From contig CAYNDK010000001.1 of NCBI GenBank assembly GCA_964395965.1, positions 1 through 56,956 of the forward strand: a DNA stretch of 56,956 nucleotides, in the 5' to 3' direction. Shown here one piece after another: positions 29,662 to 39,437 of this stretch. This DNA comes from an uncultured Flavobacterium sp. (lineage in GTDB: Bacteria; Bacteroidota; Bacteroidia; Flavobacteriales; Flavobacteriaceae). The position numbers and the translations under genes are program-made. How positions within the stretch are numbered: the stretch's first letter is position 1; each line of letters begins with the position of its first letter. The notes under the pieces are model-generated. The model saw only the letters and a list, made by a program, of their open reading frames with translations. It searched no databases and was not told the DNA's origin.

Positions 29662-30747
29662 TTAAAAAGAATTAATCCATTGCTCTACTAATTGAACACC
29701 TTCTTTATGTTTTACTGATCTACCTTGAGAAGGCATGATGTAAAACATATCGGTTGTTGTATTAACCCGATAATGAAGTATCGATTGCCCTATATTATTT
29801 GGTTGAACTATCCGACCATTGTATCCGGGTAATTGATGAAGTGCTGCTACGCCCACGCCCATGTTTTCCGGGTCGGTTGTGTCTTTAAATTCCATGCGTA
29901 AGGGATGAACCTGTGCTTCTCCACCATCTTTATGACAATGGGCACAATTTGCATCAAAATAGGAACGTATTCTGAGGTCCAAATTCTGTGACGTGTCATT
30001 GTAATTTATTAGGGAAGAAATGGTATTGGGGAGGTTGTTTTCCATGTAACCGTAACTAATCCATTTGTTCAGTTGATTGGTTGTTTCAGCGCCGTAAGAA
30101 TAATTCCAATTGAGATTTTGAGGTTTAATTCCAATCGGATTTTTTTTCAATGTTACCAAATTGCCATGGCAGCGGTTGCATTCTGTGGTGGTATTAGGGG
30201 TTCGGTAGTTAAAGTTGAGTACTTCATTCCCTTGTTGAATACTCAAACTACGTGTGGTACTGGCTGTTTCTAAAAAAGCATCCGTTTGGTCGGGATTCCA
30301 AATATACTCAGCAAATATCCAACCATCCGATTTGCGAATCATTAAACGGGTTTCAATAATTTGTGTCGTTAAATTGGGTAAAACCGTATCGTAATAAAAA
30401 ACTTTGACTACAACACTTCCAACCGGTAATTCCAAAATATCAGAATCACTTACATAGGTTGCTTTTGTATTTTTAGGCAACCATACAAAACGTTTTTTTA
30501 AAGCATAATCCGTAAATAATTCACTTGCTGGCTTATAGGGTAAAACTCCATAAACAGGGAGTAAATTTTTCATTTCACCTTCAAAAAAATGATAATCCGA
30601 GAGTTTAGGATAGGGAACCTGCGTTAGGTCACAAACCACAGGAGATTCGGGAACAGCTTCATAATTGTCTTCATGGGAGGAACAAGAATAAAAATATAAG
30701 CTTCCAATAAAAAGCATCCCAATTCTTATTAATTGTCCCAATTTCAT
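29662..30747 (-). CDS. Lipoprotein with two c-type heme motifs (SO2930-like diheme cytochrome)
   Basis: Lipobox FYSC; LFTDYALKKRF, IETRL; CNRCH and CAHCH. Confidence 0.8.
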   Translation of the reverse strand: MKLGQLIRIGMLFIGSLYFYSCSSHEDNYEAVPESPVVCDLTQVPYPKLSDYHFFEGEMKNLLPVYGVLPYKPASELFTDYALKKRFVWLPKNTKATYVSDSDILELPVGSVVVKVFYYDTVLPNLTTQIIETRLMIRKSDGWIFAEYIWNPDQTDAFLETASTTRSLSIQQGNEVLNFNYRTPNTTTECNRCHGNLVTLKKNPIGIKPQNLNWNYSYGAETTNQLNKWISYGYMENNLPNTISSLINYNDTSQNLDLRIRSYFDANCAHCHKDGGEAQVHPLRMEFKDTTDPENMGVGVAALHQLPGYNGRIVQPNNIGQSILHYRVNTTTDMFYIMPSQGRSVKHKEGVQLVEQWINSF

Positions 30748-30748
30748 C

Positions 30749-32449
30749 TTAAAAAGAAGTATTAAAGGTTACGGTTAGACCTGAACTTTCAGGCACGAAT
30801 CGACAAACACCTCCAACACAAACCAAACCACCGCGTTGACGACCATAATTGAGTGATAGGCGCGAAGCTTTTTTACGGAAAGAACCTCCAATATTGTAAT
30901 AGTGGTTTCGGTAATAATCTAAATCGTTGCCATAGTTGTACAAATCATACACATACATGGAAAATTTAGAATTGAAATTAAATTCTAAAGTAGCTGCAGC
31001 CCAGTTTTTTCGATCGTGATCCGCCCACATGTGTTCGCCCATGAAACGCAACGATTGCCCTTTTTCAAATTTATAAATGACATCGGCACCAATGATGTGC
31101 GTTTTTACTTCTCCTTCAGCATCGCCAATGTATTTCTTATTGTAATATTGGTTAATATAACTCAAAATTGTTTGCCATTTTGGCGTCCATTTTTTGGTAA
31201 TTTCCACATTGAAATCAGCAAACATGCGTTGACCAAATCCAAAGAAATCTGTTTTGTAATTTTGCGGATTATAAATGTAATACGTTCCGCTCAACGCGTT
31301 GTAATTGGAGAAGTTGGCCGCGATTTTTGTGCCGTATTTACCGCCCAGTTTCGTTCCTTTTTTAATGTCGTAAAACATATCAATTTGACCGCCAATTTCA
31401 CCTGCTTTCACAAAATCCGATCCCGCTAATAATACGTTTGGTTGTGCTTGGTAAACGTATATATTCGCTAAATTATAATGGTGTTGTTTGGTCAAACTCG
31501 GAATAAAATTCATGATCCGATCATTGTAAATATTTCCCTTGGCCGCTCTTTCGGAAAAGAAACTCATGTTTTCCAGTCTTCGAAAAGTAGCATCAATTCC
31601 AAATCCTTTTTTGGAAAAACCGGCATTCATTAACAAGGCACTTCCCGGTTTAATTAAACGATTGTCGATTTGTCCGGGAGCTTGTACTACAGCATCTTTG
31701 GTTTTATAATTGTATTCCGTCGAAAAATAAACCGAATTGTGGGATAGATTGATTCGTCCTGAAAATCCACTAGTCAAGGCATCAAAATTGGGATCGACAA
31801 CATCTGTTTTTTCATAACGCCCAACATAATTTCCGCCCAAAGTGAACTCCGTGGTTTCCCATTTGAACAATTTTGAAAGTCCCCATTCAAAGTCTCCACC
31901 AAAAATATCCGAATGGGCTACATCGAAACCTGTACGTTGTTTCCCATAAATCAATTTTAATGTAAAAGATGAAGAAGGTTTAAATAGTACACGACCTCCT
32001 CGAAGAGCATTATTGATACCCAAAGCACGGTCTTCCCAACTTCTGAAAAGTAATCCGCTGCCGAATTGTTCGTAAAAATAACCTGCTGTTACATCCAACT
32101 TCTCTCCTTTGTATTGCACAAAGTAGGTCGCTAAATTGGTGCCGTTGTATTTAGGATTCATGTTCAACAAGGCATTTTGCTCGTAGGCTTCTCCTTGAAT
32201 TCCCGCCACCCATTTCTTGTAAGTATAATTCAAAAAGAGATAACTGTTAGATCGCAAGGGTTCGTACGGATGCACCGTTGGACTATTGTATTCGTCTTTT
32301 AATCCTTTATCGTTTAAATACCATTGAATATTGGATTCTACACCGCCACTCAACGTTCCTTTTTCTTTAGGTTTATCTTCTGTTTGTGCTAAAGTAGTAG
32401 CTGAAATTAAAAACGCAAGCGCTGTTTTGAAAAGGTAATTTTTTGTCAT
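30749..32449 (-). CDS. DUF6029-like outer-membrane beta-barrel protein
   Basis: GYFYEQFGSGLLFRSWEDRALG; C-terminal YGRQRGGLVCVGGVCRFVP...TFNTSF. Confidence 0.75.
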   Translation of the reverse strand: MTKNYLFKTALAFLISATTLAQTEDKPKEKGTLSGGVESNIQWYLNDKGLKDEYNSPTVHPYEPLRSNSYLFLNYTYKKWVAGIQGEAYEQNALLNMNPKYNGTNLATYFVQYKGEKLDVTAGYFYEQFGSGLLFRSWEDRALGINNALRGGRVLFKPSSSFTLKLIYGKQRTGFDVAHSDIFGGDFEWGLSKLFKWETTEFTLGGNYVGRYEKTDVVDPNFDALTSGFSGRINLSHNSVYFSTEYNYKTKDAVVQAPGQIDNRLIKPGSALLMNAGFSKKGFGIDATFRRLENMSFFSERAAKGNIYNDRIMNFIPSLTKQHHYNLANIYVYQAQPNVLLAGSDFVKAGEIGGQIDMFYDIKKGTKLGGKYGTKIAANFSNYNALSGTYYIYNPQNYKTDFFGFGQRMFADFNVEITKKWTPKWQTILSYINQYYNKKYIGDAEGEVKTHIIGADVIYKFEKGQSLRFMGEHMWADHDRKNWAAATLEFNFNSKFSMYVYDLYNYGNDLDYYRNHYYNIGGSFRKKASRLSLNYGRQRGGLVCVGGVCRFVPESSGLTVTFNTSF

Positions 32450-32451
32450 GA

Positions 32452-32928
32452 CTACAATTGCTTCAATTTCGCTAATAATTCGTTTTCACTTCCAGGCACA
32501 TATCCATTCTGAATATGTACGATTTGTCCATTTTTAACCACAATCGTATACGGAATATTAACAATAGTCAAAGCGCGTTTTAGGTCTTGATTGGTATCCA
32601 ATAAGATCGTGTAGCCCCAACCTTTTCCATTAACCAAGGGTTTTACACGTTTCTGAGTTCGAGCATCATCAGTCGAAATTGCAACAACTTGAAGATTTAA
32701 CTCTTTTTTCCAATCTTCGATTACATCGTTGAGTTCATCCAATTCGTTGATACAAGGACCACACCATGTTGCCCAAAACGAAAAAATATACAATTTGTCT
32801 TTTTCAGCAAATTCTTTTTTTAATTCGATGGATTTGCCTTCCAAGTTGGTTAAGGTAACTTCAGGTAAGGCCGTTTGAGCATTTGATAAAATGCTAAAAA
32901 AGAAGAGAAATACGATTAGTTTTTTCAT
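32452..32928 (-). CDS. TlpA-like periplasmic thiol:disulfide oxidoreductase
   Basis: Signal peptide; FWATWCGPC; cis-Pro motif NIPYT. Confidence 0.9.
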   Translation of the reverse strand: MKKLIVFLFFFSILSNAQTALPEVTLTNLEGKSIELKKEFAEKDKLYIFSFWATWCGPCINELDELNDVIEDWKKELNLQVVAISTDDARTQKRVKPLVNGKGWGYTILLDTNQDLKRALTIVNIPYTIVVKNGQIVHIQNGYVPGSENELLAKLKQL

Positions 32929-33012
32929 GTTTGTTTGGTATTGTCGTACAAATAAATAAATAATCTTATAAATAGTAAAGGATTTTTCTTTTTATTTGTA
33001 ACTATAAAACTA

Positions 33013-33891
33013 ATGCGTGAAATTGCTATGAATTTAAAGGCTTTAAGCACCCTTTTTTTTGCTGTAATTGTGCTGGTTTCTTGTCAAGATACCATCATTG
33101 TTGAAAACCGTCCTGATGGTTCTGCAACAGCACCACCCGTATCGGGATATTTGAAAAAGAATGTACTCATTGAAGATTATACAGGAACTTGGTGTGGAAA
33201 CTGTACGCGTGTGGCTTGGGCCATTGAAGAAGCTAAAGAAGTTTCAGATAAAGTAGTTTCTGTTGCCATCCATAATGGGAATGACCCTTTTCATTATGCG
33301 GATATAGCGCCTTTAAAAAATCTTATTCTTCCTAATTCTCAGTTGGCATTGCCAGTGTCGCGGTTAAACCGAATGATTGTTTGGAATTTTCCTGAAACAT
33401 CCAATGTGCAACAAGCTTTAGACTTAACGGGAAACAACACCACTATTGGTTTGGCTATGAATTCAACTGTGGAGAATGGGAATATTAATTTGGATGTTAA
33501 AATTAAATGCTTAGATAATTATGAGGGATTGAAATTGGTAGTGTATCTTTTAGAAGATAAACTTAAATACAATCAACGCAATTATTACAGCGATTTGTAT
33601 GGTGGAGTGAATCCAATTCCAAATTTTGAACACAATCATGTATTGCGGGCATCGTTAACCGATATTACGGGTGAAGCCATTACGGGAACAGTGAATGGTG
33701 CAACGGTTACGCGTAATTTTTCAATTCCGATCCCTACGATCATCCCTCCTTCAAATTATCCGAATGCACCACAAATTACTCCCCAAAACATTAGTTTTGT
33801 TGCTTTTGTCACCAGAAGTGATGATAATGTTGTCTTAAATGCACGCGCCGCTCATGCCAACGAAAATCAAAGTTTTCAGGAGAATCCTTAA
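33013..33891 (+). CDS. Omp28-related outer-membrane lipoprotein
   Basis: Lipobox LVSC; VLIEDYTGTWCGNC, VAIH, FEHNHVLR. Confidence 0.85.
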   Translation: MREIAMNLKALSTLFFAVIVLVSCQDTIIVENRPDGSATAPPVSGYLKKNVLIEDYTGTWCGNCTRVAWAIEEAKEVSDKVVSVAIHNGNDPFHYADIAPLKNLILPNSQLALPVSRLNRMIVWNFPETSNVQQALDLTGNNTTIGLAMNSTVENGNINLDVKIKCLDNYEGLKLVVYLLEDKLKYNQRNYYSDLYGGVNPIPNFEHNHVLRASLTDITGEAITGTVNGATVTRNFSIPIPTIIPPSNYPNAPQITPQNISFVAFVTRSDDNVVLNARAAHANENQSFQENP

Positions 33892-33907
33892 GAAAAATAA
33901 CACAAAT

Positions 33908-33932
33908 GGCTGTCCGATGGGCGGCCTTTTTT
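33908..33932 (+). terminator. Intrinsic terminator
   Basis: GGCTGTCC-GAT-GGGCGGCC followed by T6. Confidence 0.75.
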
Positions 33933-33957
33933 GTACCTTTGAGTATACTTTTACAAT

Positions 33958-34131
33958 ATGAAATTTTTTGCTTTAGTTCAAGCGGTCAACATTGATCAAA
34001 AACTTAAAAACGCACCCGATAGTGGATATGCTATTGGGGTTTGGATAGGTAATATTCTACCTTTTGTCCTATTAGCAGGTGCCGCCTATTGGATGTATTA
34101 CCGTTCCAAAAACCGCAAGGATTTAGAATAA
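33958..34131 (+). CDS. Small (57 aa) single-TM protein, below the ORF-track cutoff
   Basis: MKFFALVQAVNIDQKLKNAPDSGYAIGVWIGNILPFVLLAGAAYWMYYRSKNRKDLE; own TACCTTTG element at 33934-33941. Confidence 0.75.
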   Translation: MKFFALVQAVNIDQKLKNAPDSGYAIGVWIGNILPFVLLAGAAYWMYYRSKNRKDLE

Positions 34132-34160
34132 ATCGTATTTTTGCCGTGTAAATTTACCTT

Positions 34161-34613
34161 ATGAGTACGATTCGTATTACCAAACAATTCAATTTTGAAA
34201 CCGGTCATGCCCTGTATGGCTATGATGGAAAATGTAAAAATGTGCACGGGCATAGCTATAAATTATCTGTTACCGTGATTGGTAAGCCGATTACCGATAC
34301 TTCCAATGTAAAATACGGGATGGTGATCGATTTCTCCGATCTGAAGAAAATCGTAAAAGAAGAAATCGTTGATGTGTTTGATCACGCGACGGTGTTCAAT
34401 AAAAATACGCCCCATATTGAGTTAGCAGCCGAACTCCAAACACGTGGGCATCATGTGATTTTGGTAGAATACCAACCCACCAGTGAAAATATGGTGATTG
34501 ATTTTGCAGCTAAAATTCGCAGCCGACTTCCCGAAAACATTCAATTATTCTCTTTACGTTTACAAGAAACGGAAACGTCGTATGCCGAATGGTATGCTTC
34601 TGATAATTCCTAA
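34161..34613 (+). CDS. queD: 6-carboxytetrahydropterin synthase
   Basis: CKNVHGHSY, MVIDF, PTSEN. Confidence 0.9.
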   Translation: MSTIRITKQFNFETGHALYGYDGKCKNVHGHSYKLSVTVIGKPITDTSNVKYGMVIDFSDLKKIVKEEIVDVFDHATVFNKNTPHIELAAELQTRGHHVILVEYQPTSENMVIDFAAKIRSRLPENIQLFSLRLQETETSYAEWYASDNS

Positions 34614-34615
34614 AT

Positions 34616-35362
34616 ATGGCCAAAAAAATCTATTTTGCTTCCGACCAACATTTGGGTGCGCCCACACCTGAAGCGAGTTTTCCACGTGAACAAAAGTTTG
34701 TGGCGTGGCTAGATACAGTGAAGCAAGACGCCGAAGCCATTTTTTTACTCGGCGATTTATTTGATTTTTGGTTCGAATACAAAACCGTAGTACCCAAAGG
34801 CTTTGTGCGCGTTCTCGGAAAGTTAGCCGAAATTCGCGACAGCGGCATTCCGATTTACTTTTTTGTAGGGAACCACGATTTGTGGATGGGTGATTATTTT
34901 GAAAAAGAATTGAACATTCCCGTTTACCACGATAATCAAATATTTACCTTTCATGGCAAGTCCTTTTTAATTGGTCACGGCGACGGCAAAGGTCCGGGCG
35001 ACAAAGGTTACAAGCGCATGAAAAAAGTATTCACCAATCCTTTTTCCAAATGGTTGTACCGCTGGTTGCATCCGGATGTCGGGGTGAAATTGGCCCAATA
35101 TCTTTCTGTAAAAAATAAATTGATATCGGGAGAATCCGATGTGAAGTTTTTGGGAGAAGAAAACGAATGGCTTGTTCAATACTGCAAACGAAAACTGGAA
35201 ACCCAACACTTCGATTACTTTGTCTTTGGTCACCGTCACTTACCGATGACAATTGCTTTAAATGAGCAATCAACCTATATCAATCTCGGCGATTGGGTGG
35301 GCTATTTTACTTATGGCGTTTTTGATGGAACGCAATTTTCTTTAGAAAAATTCGAATTATAA
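34616..35362 (+). CDS. lpxH: UDP-2,3-diacylglucosamine diphosphatase
   Basis: SDQHLG, LGDLFDFW, GNHD, HGD, FGHRH, NLGDW. Confidence 0.85.
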   Translation: MAKKIYFASDQHLGAPTPEASFPREQKFVAWLDTVKQDAEAIFLLGDLFDFWFEYKTVVPKGFVRVLGKLAEIRDSGIPIYFFVGNHDLWMGDYFEKELNIPVYHDNQIFTFHGKSFLIGHGDGKGPGDKGYKRMKKVFTNPFSKWLYRWLHPDVGVKLAQYLSVKNKLISGESDVKFLGEENEWLVQYCKRKLETQHFDYFVFGHRHLPMTIALNEQSTYINLGDWVGYFTYGVFDGTQFSLEKFEL

Positions 35363-36301
35363 TTTTCGGCCAATTAAGTTAATGGCGGGCGTTCGGATAC
35401 TACTCTTACTCGGTTTTTTGAAAAAATGAAAGGCAAAGTCATAATTGATCCAAACATTGGCATTGTATAATTCTTCCGTTTCTTTTTGAGTCACTAAATC
35501 GCGAAATTTGGTATAAAAGTTTGTTTCTTCCGAACATTGAAACTTAATCAAAGTTTGTTCTTCTACAGGCGGCTGAATCACTTTTTGATTTTCGTCCAAA
35601 TAGTCGACCAATTCAAAAGCAACCAACACTTCTTCGCCTTGTGCCAAAACATAATCAATGGGTGTAATGATTTTATTTTTCTGTTTAGGCACTACTGTTT
35701 GGATGGGTGAAATATAGACGGGAATCGCTTGAAACGGACTGATAAAGGTGCGTTGTGGAACGGAATTGTTTACGACAACTTTATAAAACAAAATCCGATA
35801 GCGTGTGGTATGCACCACTTTTTTCACATACCATTGCACTTGCTCTAAGGCTAAATCCGACGCATTATTATTTGTAAGAAGAATGCCAAACATAAGCTGT
35901 TTTTGAATGTACATTCCTCTTGAATTGGGTAAAATGCGACCTTGTTCGCCTAATGTTATTTTTTCAGGAAGATTTCCAATAACCACTTCATCCAATTCGT
36001 AGATTTTTTTCTTGAGAAAGATAATGTCGGTTAAACTATCTCGGGAAAAGCCTTTGGTTTCGAAATTAAGTTTGGAAATAGCGATGGAATCAAACGGAAT
36101 TAGGGGTAAAGTAAGTGCTTCTTTTTCGGGGGAGATGCCTTCAAAAACTTTCTTTTTTTGAAGAAAAAGACGGTAATTCACTTCGGGTAAAAATTCGCTG
36201 GTTTCTTCATCCAAAGGTAAGATGCGTTGGATTTGCCCCGAAACGGAAAGAGAAATAAGTAAAAAAAGGCATGTAAATAGAAAATGGCGGAATCGTTTCA
36301 T
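35357..36301 (-). CDS. Exported hypothetical protein with CarboxypepD_reg-like N-terminus
   Basis: Signal peptide; LDEETSEFLPEV...IYELDEVVI; similar layout to 3619-4506. Confidence 0.6.
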   Translation of the reverse strand: MKRFRHFLFTCLFLLISLSVSGQIQRILPLDEETSEFLPEVNYRLFLQKKKVFEGISPEKEALTLPLIPFDSIAISKLNFETKGFSRDSLTDIIFLKKKIYELDEVVIGNLPEKITLGEQGRILPNSRGMYIQKQLMFGILLTNNNASDLALEQVQWYVKKVVHTTRYRILFYKVVVNNSVPQRTFISPFQAIPVYISPIQTVVPKQKNKIITPIDYVLAQGEEVLVAFELVDYLDENQKVIQPPVEEQTLIKFQCSEETNFYTKFRDLVTQKETEELYNANVWINYDFAFHFFKKPSKSSIRTPAINLIGRKL

Positions 36302-36440
36302 GGGTTGAAGATACGGATTTTCTTTTCGTTTTTGAAAGATGACAGTTCAATTCAACCCTGTACATAGTTGCAATCTCCATTTTTGGGAAAGAAGAATAGA
36401 GTAGGAACTTTTAAAATGTAAAATCAGTACTTATCCGTAC

Positions 36441-37697
36441 TTATAATTCTTCAATTTTTTTATGAATGTCCAATTTTCGGAAGGAAGGGGAGAATAATCC
36501 CGTTGCGGTTACCGTCAAAAGAGTCATTGTGCCGCCAAAAACCACCGCCGTCACCGTTCCCATTAGTTTGGCGGTCAAGCCACTTTCAAAAGCTCCGAGT
36601 TCGTTGGAGGATCCCACAAAAATAGAATTTATCGAAGACACCCGACCGCGCATGTGATCGGGCGTTTCCAGTTGTAATATGGTTTGACGAATGATCACCG
36701 AAACACCGTCAAATACGCCGCTTAAAAACAGTGCCGCCACCGAAACCCAAAAGTAGGTGGAGAGTCCGAACACGATCATACACACCCCAAACAGAAATAT
36801 AGCCACCAACAATTTCATGCCCGCATTTTTATTTAAGGGTATGTAAGCAGACAATATCATGGTCAGAAACGAACCCACAGCCGGAGCCGCGCGCAAAACA
36901 CCAAATCCTTCGGAGCCTACTTTTAAAATATCTTGGGCAAAAACCGGAAGTAGCGCAATGGCACCGCCAAAAAGTACGGCAATCATGTCCAGCGTAATAG
37001 CGTTCATAATGGTTGTGTTGTTTAAAACAAAACGCCATCCTTCTATCAAACTTTGCATGATGGGCTCGCCAATTTTTGTGTTCAAAATGGGTTTTCTTTC
37101 AATTTGAGTAAGAAAAAGTAAGGCCAAAATCGTACAGCCAAACACAAAGCAAAGCGAAAAATGGACGCCAAAATACCGAATCGCAATTCCGGAAAGGGCC
37201 GGACCCGTAACCGCAGCGATTTGCCACACCGAACTACTCCAGGTGGAAGCATTAGGGTACACTTTTTTGGGAATCAACTGACCCAAAAGTGAAAATACGG
37301 AAGGCGTAATGAAGGCCCGAACCAAGCCGCCCAAGAACACCAAGCCGTAAATGGTATAGAGCACCGTTTGGGTAGAATAGCCTTTCGTTATTCCAGGGAT
37401 GGTGACCAGAAACATACCGAGACTGATAGTAGAAAAGGCCATCAAACATTTGGCCAACAATCCTTTTTTCTCGCTTTGATCGACGATATGCCCGGCAAAT
37501 AAAGCCATACTTACCGCAGGAATAATTTCCATCAAACCAATAATTCCCAGCGATAGCGGGTCTTTTGTCATGGAATACACTTCCCATTCGATAATGACAA
37601 ATTGCATGGACCAAGCAAAGACCAAGGCAAAGCGCATGAGAAGGAAGAAATTAAATTCGCGAAAGCGTAATGCTTCGTAGGGATCGTTTTTAGTCAT
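36441..37697 (-). CDS. MFS transporter
   Basis: About 12 TM segments; AGHIVD and TPDHMRGRV motifs. Confidence 0.9.
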   Translation of the reverse strand: MTKNDPYEALRFREFNFFLLMRFALVFAWSMQFVIIEWEVYSMTKDPLSLGIIGLMEIIPAVSMALFAGHIVDQSEKKGLLAKCLMAFSTISLGMFLVTIPGITKGYSTQTVLYTIYGLVFLGGLVRAFITPSVFSLLGQLIPKKVYPNASTWSSSVWQIAAVTGPALSGIAIRYFGVHFSLCFVFGCTILALLFLTQIERKPILNTKIGEPIMQSLIEGWRFVLNNTTIMNAITLDMIAVLFGGAIALLPVFAQDILKVGSEGFGVLRAAPAVGSFLTMILSAYIPLNKNAGMKLLVAIFLFGVCMIVFGLSTYFWVSVAALFLSGVFDGVSVIIRQTILQLETPDHMRGRVSSINSIFVGSSNELGAFESGLTAKLMGTVTAVVFGGTMTLLTVTATGLFSPSFRKLDIHKKIEEL

Positions 37698-39390
37698 TGT
37701 GGAGTTGTAAATCTTTCAATCGGAGTTGCAAAGTTACGGAACCGTTGAATTCATTTTCATCCAAACAGAAGACAGCATCGATTTTTTGGCGATTTTGTGT
37801 CAAATTTAACTTTTCGCCCAAACCAAATCCTACAGCGCCTAAGGTTTCAGAAGCGCCTTGTTTGAGGTTGAGTTTAAGATGGGTTTCGTCACCACCAATG
37901 CGTTTTCCATAGCCTGTATCATACACGGATTGGGCCAAAAAGGTGGGCGTCATATTCCCCGGACCAAAGGGTTCGAATTGCTTTAACAACCGCATCAATT
38001 TGGGTGTGATTGCTGAAAATTGGATTTCGGCATCGACCGCTATTTCAGGAATTAGAAGGTTGGGGTCAATGGTTTTTTTGACCACTTCTTCGAAAGCGGC
38101 TTTAAAGGCCGTATAGTTTTCTTCATATAAGGTCATTCCTGCCGCATACTTATGTCCGCCAAACTGAATAAGGTGGTCGCTACAGGCTTCCAAAGCTTCG
38201 TACAAATCAAAATCTTTGACCGAACGCGCGGAGGCGGCCAGTTTATCGCCACTTTTGGTAAATACGATGGTCGGACGGTAATAGGTTTCGGTGAGGCGAG
38301 AGGCCACGATTCCGATGACGCCTTTGTGCCAATTTTCTTGGTAAACTACGGTGGTAAAACGTTCGGTTTCATTCAAATCCTGAATTTGACGTAACGCTTC
38401 TTCGGTGATGGTTTTGTCCAATTCCCGACGGTCTTTGTTATGTTGTTCAATGTCGGCGGCAAATTGAACCGCTTGTTCCAAGTTCATTTCGGTCAACAAA
38501 CTCACGGCAGCATTGCCATGTTGGATACGACCCGCGGCGTTGATGCGTGGCGCTATGATAAATACGACATCGGTAATGGTGAGTTCGCTTTTCTTGACTT
38601 GTGTGAGCAAGGCTTTGATGCCGGGTCTCGGATTCTCGTTGATGACTTGCAAGCCAAATTTGGCCAACACCCGATTTTCACCCGTGATAGGCACAATATC
38701 GGCAGCGATTGCTGTGGCGACCAAATCGAGATAGGGAATCAAATCCAAAATGGTTTGCCCACGGCGTTCCGACAAGGCTTGGATTAATTTAAATCCGACG
38801 CCACACCCACAGAGTTCGTCATAGGGATAACTACAATCGTCTCGTTTTGGATCCAAAACGGCCACGGCATCGGGCAAGGTGTCGCCCGGGCGATGGTGGT
38901 CGCAGATAATGAAATCAATGCCTTTGGCTTTGGCGTAATTAACATGATCGATGGATTTAATGCCGCAGTCCAAGGCGATAATTAAAGTCATCTCGTTGTC
39001 TTCAGCAAAATCAATTCCTTGGTAGGACACGCCGTAGCCTTCTGCATAGCGGTCGGGAATATAAGTAGCCACATTGGGATAAAAACTGCGAAGGTAGGAG
39101 GCCATCAAAGAAACGGCTGTTGTACCATCAACATCATAATCGCCAAATACCAAGATGTTTTCTCGGTTGTTTATGGCTTGTTCGATACGAAACACCGCTT
39201 GTTCCATATCTTTCATCAGATACGGATTGTGTAAGTCGTTTAGGGTTGGACGAAAAAAAGCTTTGGCTTCTTCGTAGGTGGTGATGCCACGTTGAACCAA
39301 TAAATTGGCTACGAGTTCATCGACATGCAGTACGTCCATCAAATGGCGTACGGCGGAGGGATTCGGCTTTGAGTGAAAGTTCCAGCGCAT
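37690..39390 (-). CDS. recJ: Single-stranded-DNA-specific exonuclease RecJ
   Basis: GDYDVDG, DHH, PRINAAGR, FGGHKYAAG. Confidence 0.97.
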   Translation of the reverse strand: MRWNFHSKPNPSAVRHLMDVLHVDELVANLLVQRGITTYEEAKAFFRPTLNDLHNPYLMKDMEQAVFRIEQAINNRENILVFGDYDVDGTTAVSLMASYLRSFYPNVATYIPDRYAEGYGVSYQGIDFAEDNEMTLIIALDCGIKSIDHVNYAKAKGIDFIICDHHRPGDTLPDAVAVLDPKRDDCSYPYDELCGCGVGFKLIQALSERRGQTILDLIPYLDLVATAIAADIVPITGENRVLAKFGLQVINENPRPGIKALLTQVKKSELTITDVVFIIAPRINAAGRIQHGNAAVSLLTEMNLEQAVQFAADIEQHNKDRRELDKTITEEALRQIQDLNETERFTTVVYQENWHKGVIGIVASRLTETYYRPTIVFTKSGDKLAASARSVKDFDLYEALEACSDHLIQFGGHKYAAGMTLYEENYTAFKAAFEEVVKKTIDPNLLIPEIAVDAEIQFSAITPKLMRLLKQFEPFGPGNMTPTFLAQSVYDTGYGKRIGGDETHLKLNLKQGASETLGAVGFGLGEKLNLTQNRQKIDAVFCLDENEFNGSVTLQLRLKDLQLHND

Positions 39391-39437
39391 AGGTGTTGGT
39401 TTTAAAAATTTTGGCGTATAAAAACATAATCAATATA

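Noticed and set aside
26771-33891. Genomic island integrated at tRNA-Ala
   Set aside because: No integrase and no duplicated tRNA 3' end were seen, and the cluster lies on the 5' side of the tRNA.
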